DNA of 64,000 nt from Pirellulales bacterium (GTDB lineage: Bacteria > Planctomycetota > Planctomycetia > Pirellulales > PALSA-1355), in NCBI GenBank assembly GCA_963733035.1, contig CAVTBU010000006.1, positions 768,001-832,000 of the forward strand. The letters run 5' to 3'. Under the pieces are notes generated by a model, which did not search any database, was not told where the DNA came from, and saw only the letters and a list, made by a program, of their open reading frames with translations. Shown here piece by piece: positions 21,882 through 33,691 of this stretch; position 1 is the first letter of the stretch; the number at the start of each line of letters is the position of its first letter. The position numbers and the translations under genes were made by a program.

Positions 21882-24800
21882 CTAGTCGAAGTCGACTTCG
21901 AGGGAGAAAATTTCCGGTCGGTCGCTGATGTTCCAGTCGTTGTTGATCTGCAGCACGCCCTTGGAATCGCGGGCAGCCGCTTCCGTGACTTGAGAGCCTG
22001 ATGCGTTGACCTCCTGCAGGTGAGCGAGCGGCTTGAGCTCGGCCACACCTGCGTCGGTGACCTGGGTGTGCAAGATCTGCAGCCTCCTGAGTTCTGGGAG
22101 GCTTTTTCCGATGAGTTTGAGAGCTCTGTCGGTGATCTTGGTATCGGAAAGATTCAGATTAGTGAGTTGTTTATTGCGTACGATGATGTCAATACCCGCA
22201 TCGTCGACCGGGTTGTTTTCCAGCGATAGCGACGTGAGCGTCGTGACCGGAGCGAGTCCGCGACCCTCGATCTTGGCGCCAGTGATCACCAGCGTCTTGA
22301 GCTTGGGGAATGCCGCCAGGGTCGCAAGCCCGGCGTCGGTCACTTGCGGAGCCTGGTAAAGGGACAGCGACTCAAGGTTCGTGAGCGCCTTGAGTTTCGT
22401 CAGGCCTTCGTCGGTGATGGCCGGGTCGGTAAGTAGGAGGTGCCGTAGCGAAGTCATCGTGCCTAGGGCTGCCAGGCCTTGGTCGGTGACTTGCAGCTTG
22501 CCAGAGAGATGGAGCCGCGCGAGCGCTGGGAGCCTGCTGAGCTCGATCAGGCCGGCGTCGGTGAGTTGGCACTCGAACAGGTGCAGCGACTTCAGTTGCG
22601 TGAGCTGCGACCAGCCGGCGATCATGCGGTCGTTGATTGCGCCACTGTCCTCAGATGCGCCGGGTGCAAACTTGCCATACACTGTGAGGTTCGTGAGGTT
22701 CGGCAACTTGCCGATTGCGTGCAAGCCCTCGGGTGTGACGCGGCTCGTTTCCTGAGAACTTTCGAGCCTGAGCACCTTGAGGTCGCTGAGGTTGGCAAGG
22801 TGTGAAACGCCGGTGTCCGTGGCGGCGGTCAGGTTGGTCGTCAACTGCTTTAGTTTTCGAAGTTTGCCGATGCGGGCGAATGCTTCATCCGTGGGTTCAA
22901 TGCCCCCGGTTGCGAGCCGTCTGAGCCGCGGCTTATTCTCCAGGCAAGTGAGGTCGAGCTTGGCAAACGGTTGGCTCTGATTGAGCTGCAGACTCTCGAG
23001 CTGACTGAGAGGCGTCAGTTCAGCCAGATTCTCATCAGTGAAGTTGCCGAGCAGCGAAAGCTCTCGCAGGTTTTTGAACTGCGCAAGGGTGACTTTTCGT
23101 CCGGCCTTGCCGCCCAACGACGGCAACTCGGTCATGATGCTCAGACGTTCGAGCTTCGGGAGTTCGGCCAACACATCGAAGGCGGCACCTTGATCGGGCT
23201 TGAAAAACACGCCGAGCATCGTTTCAGGTCGCACGTTGCGCACAGCTCGCAGCTGGGCGATGAGTTGCTCCTCGTTCAGGTCAAACCGGTCGTTGATGAC
23301 AATCGATTCTAGGTGCGGCAAATCTGCCAGCGGCAACGGCTCGGCAAGCGGCTGAAAGCTCGGGTCAAAGTTGGCGTACAGCTGGTGGCCGCCCACGGCA
23401 AAGCGAGTGACGCGAAAGCCGAGCTGTTCGAGTTGCTGAACGACTTCCGTTGTTGAATTCTGCGCGGCGTCCGGTTGGGCCTTGATTTTTTCCGGTGGAG
23501 AATCTGCGGCTTTTGGTACGCGCGTTTCGGGCGGGGGATTGAAGAAGATCTGCGCCGCGTCGATCGGTTGAAACTCACCATCGAACATGCCAGCCCGAGA
23601 TTGAGGAGCTCGGGAATCGGTGGACCAGATCTTCAGCTCCCGGCGGGCATCGAGCAGCTTTTCGATCGCCCCTACGGTCAGCCTTGTCCCGCTTGCATTG
23701 AGTTCCCGCAGGTTGCCACGATCTTGTAGCGAGTTCAGGCCTTCGTCGGTAATATCCGTTCGCGCGAGATTGAGCCGGCTAAGTTGCGGCAAGCGGCCAT
23801 TCAACGCGGCGAGACCTCGGTCGGTGATCTTGGTACCCGAAACGTCGAGTTCAGAAAGGAGTTTGAATGGCGCGATGGCTTCGAGCCCCGCGTCGGTGAG
23901 CGGACTATTGGTGAGGTTGAGGAGACTAAGGCTGCGACAAACTTTCAGGGGGGCTAGGCCGGGGCCGGTGACCTTCGATCCGATCAGAACAAGTGCGCCC
24001 AGCTCGGGTGCCTTGCTCAGTTCGGCCACGCCAACATCCGTCACTTGCAAGGGACCTTCAAGCTGTAGGCAGTAGAGAATCGGCAGGGACGCCAGGTTTT
24101 TGATTCCAGCGTCGCCGATCGCGCAGGAATCGACGATCAACATCCGCAGGCTGACGAGGTGGTTCCAACCGGCGAAGGATTCGTCAGTCAGTAGCAGCGG
24201 AGTCTGTTCGGGCGATGTCTTCCCGCTAACCATGAGCATGTCCAGTTTTGTCAGCGCGCTGAGCGCGGCAAAGCCAGCCGCCGATAGATGTGGCGGCGCC
24301 TGGCTGGCCACCAGCACCAGCGTGCGAAGCTGGCCGGCGCGTGCGATCGCAGCCAGACCGGCATCGGATAACCGATCGACACGGATATTCAGCTCGCGTA
24401 GCTTGGACCGCGCACCAATTTGCGAGGCACCGGCGTCGCTGGGTGCGTAACCGCCTTCCATGCTCAACTCTTCGAGGTCGGACATGCCCGCAAGGCATTT
24501 AAGGTCCAGCGGGGCGGGCGGGCGCTTGTGGTGGCCGCCGAGGGAGAGCGATTTCAAGTGCACCAGCGGTTGAAGCCGATCGATCCCCTCGGCGGAGAAT
24601 TCACCCCTGGCGCCGAGTTTCTCGAGCGTCGTCATCGCGGCGATCTCCGGCAAATCGGCGTCGGTTGCCGAGAGGCTCAGGGATTTGAGCGACTTGAGCT
24701 CATCAAGTTTGAACGGTCGCGACATGCCGTCCGACCAACGAATCGCAAAGTCATCGCCCGTGCACTGCAGTGACAGCTGAGTGAGGTTGGGAATCTCCAC

Positions 24801-26305
24801 CAACGCATCCAGTCCGGCCACATTTTCCGCGGAGTAGTTGACGATCAGTTGTGTAGACGCGGGCAGTTCGCGCAAGCGCGAAGTTGCACACGCAGACGCT
24901 CAGCCGACGCGGGGGGATCAGGAAATTGGCCGACCGTGACACTGGTCAGAATGCGGGCGAGCGGAGCCAGCGGCAGCGGAGCATCGCCAGGATCAAACGA
25001 TGATCGTAGCGTTAACATTCGCAGAGCCTGCATTTCGCCGAGATTGAAGGCCCTCCCAAATCCCCAGGCAAGTCCCCGTTTGCTGATCTCCTGCATTGCT
25101 TCCACTTCGGCGGGCGTGGGAACTTCATTGACGACTTCCGGTGCCGAAGCGATTGGCAACTGCTCTTTCGGCTCGGGGGTGTCGTCGAGCGTCGGAGTTG
25201 TTGACGTGGCGCGGTCCTTGGGCGGCGCCGCGGTCGTAAATCGCCAGCCGGCTCCCGGCAGCACGACCAGCAGCAAGGCGGCGGCGATGAGCCATGCGGC
25301 GAAAGGCGAGCGGCGCCGGAATGCTTTGGCATCCAGCACGTGCCGCACTCGCGCTGTCGTCGCAGCCGTACTGCGCATGCCCGACCAGAACACGGCGGGC
25401 ACGAGTTGCTGCCGCCACTGCAGGATCTCCACCAGCAGCCGCGCGTAGTCGACCGGCCGGCAATTCAGTTCGGCCAGCACGGCTTCGTCGCACGAGCGCT
25501 CGCGCTCGACGCGCGCCTGGCGATTGGCCCACCACACGGCCGGATGCCACCACCACAGGCATTGCACGGCCAGTTGCAGGCTACCCGCCAGCGGATCGAA
25601 GCGGCGGAGGTGCACCAGTTCGTGCGTCAGGATTGCGTCGAGTTCGCCGGGCTGCGATTTTTCCACCAACTGGCGCGGCACGATCACCGTACCACGCCAC
25701 CAACCCATCGCCGCCGGTCCGAGCACTTCGCCCGTCACCAGCAACCGAACGGGCCGCGCGGGACCAAGCTGTCGTCGCAGTTCGTCAAACCGCCGTATCA
25801 ACGGAGTTGGGGCCTGTTCGGCGGTGCTGCGAAGCCGGCGCAGGAGTGACAACCAGCCGACGACCAGCCACATCGCCAGAGCCGCGGCGCCAATACTCCA
25901 GGTGAGCAGAAGCATTGCAGCGACGGAAAGCTGCCGCGCGATTGGTTCCGTGCGAACGACTTGCGGCTCGACCGCCGCTGGGGGCAGGGGATCCGGCGCC
26001 GGCGTGAAGGCTGTTGCCGACATCGCGATGGGTGCAGGTGCATTCGGCAATCGTTCGCCGACAACGGTGGGCTGCTCGGCGACAGACTCGCACAATGCCC
26101 AACTAAACGCGCCAGTTGGACTACTCCAAACTGGCGGTGTGGCGGCTTTGACCACGACCAGCATCCATAGCAGATAGGCCAGGTGCGGCCGCTGGCGGCA
26201 CGTCACCTTGGCTACAAGGGCCACCGCCGCGGCCAGCGCCGCCAGTTGCCAGGTCTGCGTCCAGGCGAGACGCACAAAGTCGTCACTTGCCGCTGGCATG
26301 GCCAT
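21882..26305 (-). CDS. BlaR1/MecR1-type M56 peptidase fused to two LRR arrays (frameshift near 24870)
   Basis: AILTHELVHLRRFD; WWHPAVW; ERERSCDEAV; ORFs 24845..26374 and 21882..24875 join as QLRALRELP. Confidence 0.82.
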
Positions 26306-26678
26306 TACCCTCCGATTCGTCGATGAGTGTACGGAGTTTTTCGATGTCGTCACCAGTAAGCTGCCGGTCGGCAATCAGGTGCTCGACCAGCGGCAATGCC
26401 TCGCCGCCAAACAGCCGATCGACCAGATCGGCGAGCGTTTCGCGAATCACCTGCGCCGGCCGGACGCGGGCGGTGAAGACGCTGGTCTTGCCGTCGCGCC
26501 GCGACTGCAGGTACCCCTTGGCTTCGAGCCGCCGCAGATAGGTTTGCACGGTCTTGTAGTCGAGTTCGCGCTCGGCCGGCAGCGCTTCGAGCACCTGGCG
26601 GACGGTGGCCCCTCGCAGGTCCCAAACAATTCGGGCGATTTCCAATTCAGCCTTGGAGGCGGCGGCGCGCTTGGCCAT
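26283..26678 (-). CDS. BlaI/MecI/CopY family repressor
   Basis: SKAELEIARIVW; YKTVQTYLRRLEAKGYL; LVDRLFGG. Confidence 0.92.
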   Translation of the reverse strand: MAKRAAASKAELEIARIVWDLRGATVRQVLEALPAERELDYKTVQTYLRRLEAKGYLQSRRDGKTSVFTARVRPAQVIRETLADLVDRLFGGEALPLVEHLIADRQLTGDDIEKLRTLIDESEGNGHASGK

Positions 26679-26709
26679 GCGTTTCATGCTCGCGGTGGAG
26701 TTTCGCTTC

Positions 26710-26755
26710 GTCGTACGTTTGAAAGACATGATATCGTACATTTGTACGACGTCAA
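26710..26755 (-). promoter_or_regulatory. Sigma70-type promoter with BlaI-type operator in the spacer
   Basis: Minus strand TTGACG-16 nt-TATCAT; the spacer is the palindrome TCGTACA-AA-TGTACGA (TACAnnTGTA core); degenerate second copy at 26711-26726. Confidence 0.8.
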
Positions 26756-26879
26756 GCTCGGGACTCGGTTTTTACCCATCGTTATCAGCTCACCGCGCGC
26801 GGAACATCGATTGCACTCTGCCGTCGGACTGTTAGCTTGATTGAGGCAGCTACAACCTCTTTCACGAAGGGAGCCCGAC

Positions 26880-27911
26880 ATGGAGCGGCGGAATTTCTTG
26901 CGCGGGGCAGCCGCGGTGGCCGGCGCCGGAGCCTTGGCTGGTCGCCAGGGCGCCACGGCCGATCAGCCGACGTCCAAACCGGACGGTGCCAAGCCGTCGC
27001 CGCCCGCCCAGCACGTGCCGATGCGAACCCTCGGACGCACCGGCGAGCGGATCAGCGCCATGGGGTTGGGCGGCTTCCACATCGGCACGCAAAAAGATCC
27101 GGCCGACAGCGTGCGGATCATTCGAACCGCGATCGACGGCGGCATCACCTTCCTGGACAACTGTTGGGATTACAACGGCGGTCAAAGCGAGACTCGCATG
27201 GGCCGCGCCCTCCGGGATGGCTATCGCGAGAAAGCTTTTCTGATGAGTAAGTTCGACGGCCGCACCCGGAAGTTGGCCGCCCAGCAAATCGACGAGTCGC
27301 TCAAGCGTTTGCAAACCGACCGCATCGACCTGATGCAATATCATGAAGTGATTCGGCTGGAGGATCCCGACCGGTTTTTCGAGGAGGGGGGAGCCCGCGA
27401 AGCGCTTGATGCCGCCGTGAAGGCCGGCAAGGTGCGCTACGTCGGCTTCACTGGGCATAAGGATCCGCTCGTGCATTTGCGGATGTTGCGAATGGCCAAG
27501 GAGCGCGGCTATCGCTTTGACGCCGTGCAAATGCCGCTCAACGTGATGGATGCTCACTTTCGCAGCTTCGCCGTCGAGGTGTTGCCCGTGCTGGTCGAGC
27601 AAGAGATCGGCGTGTTGGGCATGAAGCCGCTCGGCAGCGGCGACATCCTGAAGACGAAAGTCGTCACGCCGATCGAATGCCTGCACTATGCCATGAACCT
27701 GCCGACCTCGACCGTGATCACCGGCATCGACAGCATGCCGGTCCTCGAGCAGGCCTTCGAGGCGGCCCGCACGTTCAAGCCGCTCGGCAAGCAGGCCCTC
27801 GCCCAGTTGATCGAGCGCACCAAGGCAGCCGCGCTGACGGGCGAGTATGAAAAGTTCAAAACCAGCGCCAGGTTTGACGCCACGGCCCGCCACCCAGACT
27901 GGATTGGCTAG
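26880..27911 (+). CDS. Aldo/keto reductase with Tat-like leader
   Basis: MERRNFLRG; RTLGRTG; GITFLDNCWDY; SLKRLQTDRIDL; GKVRYVGFTGH. Confidence 0.9.
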   Translation: MERRNFLRGAAAVAGAGALAGRQGATADQPTSKPDGAKPSPPAQHVPMRTLGRTGERISAMGLGGFHIGTQKDPADSVRIIRTAIDGGITFLDNCWDYNGGQSETRMGRALRDGYREKAFLMSKFDGRTRKLAAQQIDESLKRLQTDRIDLMQYHEVIRLEDPDRFFEEGGAREALDAAVKAGKVRYVGFTGHKDPLVHLRMLRMAKERGYRFDAVQMPLNVMDAHFRSFAVEVLPVLVEQEIGVLGMKPLGSGDILKTKVVTPIECLHYAMNLPTSTVITGIDSMPVLEQAFEAARTFKPLGKQALAQLIERTKAAALTGEYEKFKTSARFDATARHPDWIG

Positions 27912-28248
27912 TTTTTTTCAGCAGCCTAGGCCACCGCGGGGAAAGGTCGTTGAGTATTTGCATCATAGCGCTGTACTTGTCCGCGTGAATGCCATTGAGG
28001 CAGCCGGGCGTCTGGCAAGAGAGGATGAAAGCCTAATTGGAATTATCGCTCGCGAAGCAGCTCGAGAAGAGAACACCGTTAAGTTGCTAGGCAATACAAC
28101 AGTCGGTCATGTCGCAGTAGGATGCTTGCTCCGAATTGGGAATCCTTCGGCGACGCTAGCTGCCGGGAAGCTGATCGAATCATGGCCGGCATCCGAAAGA
28201 AGTGAGTTGATGTGGTATCTAAAAGCAGAAGGCTTGCTTCAAGAGTAG
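27912..28248 (+). pseudogene. N-terminally truncated AT-richer ORF, HEAT-repeat-like
   Basis: Open frame (VVEYLHHSAVLVRVNAIEAAGRL...) begins at the AKR stop with no clear start or RBS. Confidence 0.4.
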
Positions 28249-28302
28249 ATGTGGAGAAGCCGCCGCTCTTTTGAGCGGCACCGGAAGATGTCGATGGAAC
28301 TG

Positions 28303-29852
28303 CTATTCGCATGCTGGCGGAATTGCATCTTCCGTCTTCCATACATCCGGAAGAAGCTGCGAAAGCTCTTCCTTGGACGTACCGATCTTCGCTAGGACGC
28401 TGGTGAGGTAGCGCTGCGGATCAACGCTGGTGGCGTTCGCAACTGGCGATCAGCGACCAGAGCCGGGCATGGTTCTCGGCGGCCGCATCGTTGCCAGCGA
28501 AGAGCCAGTTCTTGCGGCCGATGGCCACACGCTTGAGCGCCCGCTCGCTGGCGTTGTTGTCGATGTTGAGGAAGCCTTGCGTGGTGTACGTCGTGAGCGC
28601 CTGCCACTGGTTCTGGGAGTAGGTGATCGCCGTGGCCATTGGGCTGCGGAGTAGCACGACTTCTTGTTCGGCGTCGAGCCACGTCTTGATGCGCGCGAGC
28701 ACCGGCAGGCTCCGCTCATGGCGTAGCGTAAGCCGTGTGGCGGCATCGGCGTCCTTCGCTTCTCGCTCGATCGACGTACAACTCTCCGATGAGCGTCAGC
28801 ATCTGCGTCGCGCGTTGACTATCGCTAGTCCTGCGACATCGTAGAACTTGCGGCGCGCATGGGCCCAGCAGGCGACTTCCGTCACGCTCTGCGAGTGATA
28901 GATTCCGTCGTAACCGCCGTAAGCGTCGGCTTGCAAGTAGCCAGTGAAGTTCTTCAACCACTTCGCCGGGCCGTCCCGCGAGCGACTCGGCGTGTAGTCG
29001 TACACGGTGTACGGGTTGGCATCGTCGCCCAGGTAGCACCAAATGCGCCCCTTGCGGCATTGCTTCTGGCCGGCCGACTGGACTGGCACGGTCGTGTCGT
29101 CGGTATGAATCACGCGAGATTGGCGGACGCGCTCAATCATCAGATCGACCAGCGGCGCGACCAAATCTCCGGCGCAGCGCATCGAGGCGCACATCGTGCT
29201 GCGGGCGATGTGCACCGTCTGACGCTCGAAGATGCGTTCGAGCCGGTAGAGCGGCAAATGGTCGCCCAGCTTGCTCAGTAATGACGTACGCCAAGAGGCT
29301 CGGTCCCGGCAGGCCCTTGTTGATCGGCTGTTGCGGCTTCTCTGCGACTGCAATGTGCGGGTTGTAGCCATCGCCGTCGCACTTGCTGCAAGCATACTTG
29401 TGCCGGATGTGCTTCAAGACTTTGAAGCCGGCCGGGAAGTATTCGAGTTGCTCGCTGATCTCAGCCCCGATCCGACCGCGCTCGTTGCCGCACGCAGGGC
29501 ACGCCTTCTCCTCAAGGTCGTGCTCGATCTCGATCCGTTCTAGGTGCTCCGGCAACTGCTGCCGGCCGTGTTGGTCACGGTTGCGAACGCGACGGGTAAC
29601 GAGCGGTTCGCCAGCCTCATCTCAATGCTCGCCTGGTCAAGCCGAGCGCTTCGATGCGCTGGCCGAACAGCAGCAGTTGCCGCGGTCGAACGACTCGCTG
29701 CGCGGGCCGTAGTAACGGCGAAACAAGGCCGCGATCGCCGCCTGATGCTCGGCCTTGAGGCGTTCAATCTCAACCGCCGATCGTTCCTGAAGTTCGGCGA
29801 TGATCCGCTTCAATGCTTCCACATCGTTCGGCAGTTCATCGGTGTGCGTCAT
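28303..29852 (-). pseudogene. IS66 transposase TnpC, fragmented
   Basis: Motifs spread over ORFs 29637..29852, 29133..29555, 28796..29395, 28421..28702 and a tail ending at 28303. Confidence 0.88.
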
Positions 29853-29904
29853 CGACTTGTTGTAGCGGCTACCTGCCGGTCGCGCCAGTCCAAGTCGCGA
29901 TGAA

Positions 29905-30230
29905 TCAAGCCACGCGATTCGATTTGACGTTGAGCCCCGACAGCAATCTCAGCAGTTGCTCTGGGCTGATCTCGATCGCCGGCTTGCCCGTGCGTGGGAA
30001 TTGAAACTCGCCTCGCTCCAGCCGCTTGTAGTAGATCGCCAGACCGTCGCGGTCCCACCACAGAATCTTCACCAGGTGGCCGCCGCGGTTGCGGAACACG
30101 AACAGGCTGCCGGACAGCGGATCGTGGCCGAGAAACTCGCGCACCACTTCGGCCAGCCGTCAAACTCTTCCGCATGTCGATCGGCGTGGTGGCGACCAGA
30201 CCTGCACGTTCGGCAGGTCCGCGGCAACAT
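29905..30230 (-). pseudogene. IS66 accessory protein TnpB, frameshifted
   Basis: VATTPIDMRKS / VREFLGHDPLSGSLFVFRNR / KILWWDRDG. Confidence 0.85.
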
Positions 30231-30585
30231 CGCCGCCTCGCGTCGCAGGGCGATGACCAGATCGGCAAGTTGCTCCGTTGCGCTCGGGCCGACGGCCGCA
30301 ACACGCAGCCGCCGGCAAGTCGATCGCATGACGATCGCTGCGTGGCTGAGCCGTCATAACGGCGGCACAACGCTGGCCCGGAGTCGCCGTGGTGCTCCGC
30401 TCGCAATCGTGCGCAGGCGTAGAGCGGACTAGTCAGGTGGCTTGCAAATGCGGACATAACGCTCGCGAAAACGCTGAGCACAGCAGATCTTTCGCCGGAT
30501 CGGTCGAGCTTCGCCATAGCTGCTCTTGGGTTGGCAAAAAGAAGCTTACGCGTAACGCGAGAAGAAGATGCGTCAGGAAGGAAGG

Positions 30586-31268
30586 CTAGTTGTCGCGGCG
30601 TCGTTCAGGACGACGATAGGTGACGCGGAATCGGCGGACCGGCGGGGTCTCGTCGTCGAAGTAGTCTTCGAACGAGGCGATTTCGAGGCCCGCCTCGCCG
30701 AGCGAGACGAGTTCTTCGCGCGTCAGGGGCCACGGCATGTTGCCGCGCGGTTCCGTGGCGTCGCGGCCTCGAGCAACGACCAGCAACTGACCGCCGGGGG
30801 CCAGAAATGCGGCCAGGTTCCTGCAGGCCTTGGCGCCAACTCCGCCGGCAACACTTGCAGGGTGTAGGCTTCCAACACGAAGTCGAACGCTCCCCGCCAG
30901 GCGGCCGGCGGATTCAGCAGATCGGCCGCGCCGTATTCGACGGTTGACTGCGGAAACCTGCGACGGCACCACTGGATGGCCGTCGCCGACACATCAAACG
31001 CGGTGACCGCCAGTCCGAGTTGTGCAAGCGCCTCGGCGTCGTCTCCCAAGCCGCAGCCGACGACCAGCGTGCGCTGGCCAAGCTCGGCCAGCGGCCGTGC
31101 CTCGAGCCAGCGCGCGAGATTGGGATTCATCGCTCCGTCGGCCCAGGGAATGGCCGAAGCATTGCCCTCGGCCGCGCGATAGAGCTTGTCGAACCAGGCG
31201 ATCGCGTCGCCCTGGGCCAGCGCCTCGGCGGCCAATCGCCGGGCGTCGGAACGGTCAGGCTCGGTCAT
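30586..31268 (-). CDS. Class I SAM-dependent methyltransferase, TPMT-like (frameshift near 30835)
   Basis: LVVGCGLGDDA; AFDVSATAI; FDFVLEAYTLQ; continues as LAPGGQLLVVAR..PWPLTREEL. Confidence 0.85.
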
Positions 31269-31377
31269 GGCGTGGCCCTCGCCGCAAGTCAGTTTGAGCG
31301 CACCGCGATCGTTCGTTGCACAAACGAGCTCCCCGGCAAAGCCGGGGGCTGAAAGTCGCTACCGCTTGCTCGCTGGT

Positions 31378-31689
31378 TCAACTGGCCGAGATCTTCTCGA
31401 TCTGCACCTTGGTGAACAGCTGGCGATGGCCCGTGCGGCGGCGAAAGGTCTTGCGGCGGCGAAACTTCTGCACGGTGAGCTTGGGACCCTGCGTCACGCC
31501 CAACACCTTGGCCGTGACCTTGGCTCCCTCGAGCGGCGAGCCGAGATCAAGCTGCGTGCCGTTGGAAAACGCAATCACGTTGCCAAACTCGAGGGCATCG
31601 CCGCTGGAGGCATCGCGATAGTCGATGACCAATTGCTGGCCTTCGGTCACTTTGTATTGACGTCCGCCGTCGACAATGATTGCGTACAT
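31378..31689 (-). CDS. rplU: 50S ribosomal protein L21
   Basis: MYAIIVDGGRQYKV...KFRRRK...GHRQ. Confidence 0.96.
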   Translation of the reverse strand: MYAIIVDGGRQYKVTEGQQLVIDYRDASSGDALEFGNVIAFSNGTQLDLGSPLEGAKVTAKVLGVTQGPKLTVQKFRRRKTFRRRTGHRQLFTKVQIEKISAS

Positions 31690-31890
31690 GGCTGGTTTCC
31701 GCCGCTCGTATTTTGAAGTCGTGTATTTTCTTGTATCGGCCCCGTGTGCCAGCAAGCCAAACGTGCTCTAGGTTGCCGACAAGCAGGCAAACTCGGGAAC
31801 CGGGAATCAAGCGGTGTCCGCCAAAAGGACGGACTTGGCCACTCGGCAAGCCCTTCAGTTTAGCGGGGCCTGGGGACTTGGTCGAGAGGG

Positions 31891-33528
31891 TTATCCCAAC
31901 GGAATTTTCAGCTCCCGCCCCTGGTTGTCGTGGCACTCGATGATCAGGTGCTCGGGCGCGGCGTCCTCGGTCCCGAAGATCTGCACCCACATCTGGTTGT
32001 CGTCCTCCAACCGCGATAATTCCCGGCGTTTCTTGTTGTTCAAGTACGTCGCCACGTCGTCGGCCACGGTGATCGTGACCTTTGAGACGTCGGCGTGCTG
32101 CGTGGCCAAGATCAGCAGCCGCATGACCTCGATGGCCATGCTCTCGGAGGTCTTTACCACGCCGCTGCCGCTGCAGCCCGGGCAGTCCTTGTAGACGCTT
32201 CGCTTGAGGCTGGGCCGGATTCGCTGGCGCGTCATTTCCACCAGGCCGAAAGGGCTGGTGCGGAGGATCTTGGTGCGGGCTCGGTCGCGTTTCACCGCGT
32301 CGCGCAGGGCCCGCTCCACGTTGCGGCGGTGTTTCTCCTTCCGCATGTCGATGAAGTCGTTGACAACCACGCCACCCAGATCGCGCAAGCGAAGTTGGCG
32401 GGCGATTTCCCGAGCTGCCAACAGGTTCATCTGGTAGGCGGTTTCCTCGGCCGAGTCGTCGGCGCGGAAGCTGCCGCTGTTGACGTCGATGGCCACGAGG
32501 GCCTCGGTCTGGTCGATGACGATCGATCCGCCCTGCCTGAGCGGCACCTTGCGTTGATGGATCAGCGCGATTTCACGATCGAGATTGTATTTGTGAAACA
32601 GCGGCTCCTTGCCTTCGTAAAGCTGCAACCGACTGACGTACCGCGGCATCACGATCTGCAAGAACTCCTTGGCCCGCTCGTAAGCGGAGGGTTCGTCGAT
32701 GTAGATCGAGTCGACGTCGCCGGTGAAGATATCGCGAATGGTCCGAATGATCATGTCGCTTTCTTCGTAGATGTCGATCGGTGCCGGGTACTTCTTGATC
32801 CGCCGGACGATGACTTTCCAGAGGCGGAGCAGGTAGGCCAGATCGCGCGACAGTTCGCGCTTCGTGCGGTCGATGCCCGCGGTGCGTACGATGAACCCCA
32901 GTCCCTTGGGCGGATTGAGTTCCAGCATCACGTCGCGCAGCTTGCGGCGCACTTCGTCGTCTTCGATCTTGCGCGAGACGCCCACGCGGCCCAGGGCCGG
33001 CATCAACACGAGATACCGGCCGGGAATGCTGATGTAGGTCGAAAGCGTGGGTCCCTTGGTGCCGATGCCCTCCTTGATCACCTGCACCAGCACTTCGTCG
33101 CCGCGGCGAAGAATCTCCTGGATCGGCGGCTTGATGCGGGGCCGGGCGCCGGGGCGGGGAGGCCGCTGCCGTCGCGAGCGATCACGCGGCTCGGTTTCTC
33201 CTTCGCTCTCGTCATCGCCCACGTCGATGTCGGCCCGATTGAATCGCGAACCGCTTTCCAGCGGCTTGAGCGGATCGTAGCCTCCCTGGCGATAATACTG
33301 TGGCTCGACGTCGCTGATGTGCAGAAAGCCGTTGCGGCCGACGCCGAAATCGACGAACGCCGCTTGAATGCTCGGCTCCAGATTGACGACTTTGCCCTTG
33401 TAAATGTTGCCGACGTAATTGTCCTGGCTGGTGCGCTCGATATACAGCTCTTCCAGGGATCCATCCTCAACGATCGCGATCCGGCATTCCTCCGGCTGAG
33501 CGACGTTGATCAACATTTCTTGCTTCAT
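31891..33528 (-). CDS. rne: Ribonuclease E/G family
   Basis: GNIYKGKV; AAFVDFG; KGPTLST; IDVNSG; LRDLGGVVVNDFIDM; CPGC. Confidence 0.93.
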   Translation of the reverse strand: MKQEMLINVAQPEECRIAIVEDGSLEELYIERTSQDNYVGNIYKGKVVNLEPSIQAAFVDFGVGRNGFLHISDVEPQYYRQGGYDPLKPLESGSRFNRADIDVGDDESEGETEPRDRSRRQRPPRPGARPRIKPPIQEILRRGDEVLVQVIKEGIGTKGPTLSTYISIPGRYLVLMPALGRVGVSRKIEDDEVRRKLRDVMLELNPPKGLGFIVRTAGIDRTKRELSRDLAYLLRLWKVIVRRIKKYPAPIDIYEESDMIIRTIRDIFTGDVDSIYIDEPSAYERAKEFLQIVMPRYVSRLQLYEGKEPLFHKYNLDREIALIHQRKVPLRQGGSIVIDQTEALVAIDVNSGSFRADDSAEETAYQMNLLAAREIARQLRLRDLGGVVVNDFIDMRKEKHRRNVERALRDAVKRDRARTKILRTSPFGLVEMTRQRIRPSLKRSVYKDCPGCSGSGVVKTSESMAIEVMRLLILATQHADVSKVTITVADDVATYLNNKKRRELSRLEDDNQMWVQIFGTEDAAPEHLIIECHDNQGRELKIPLG

Positions 33529-33691
33529 TCTGAGGTACTTTCTGTGTGTTCACCCGGCGGCCGGCTCATGTCGAGCGACCGCCCCGGCATGGTGTTGGTT
33601 TGTGTCCGGAGCCGATTGGCCGTGGGAGCCTGGTGCCGCGGCCTGCGCGTTGTGCGGGCCGCGGAATTATTGCGCGGGCGCGCCGGCTTCT

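Larger units (their letters stand above)
28303..30549 (-). mobile_element. Decayed IS66-family insertion sequence (tnpA-tnpB-tnpC)
   Basis: TnpB DMRKS..LFVFRNR..KILWWDRDG..KRLERG; Tnp[69 protein letters not shown]; many frameshifts; possible GTAA left end at 30549. Confidence 0.9.
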
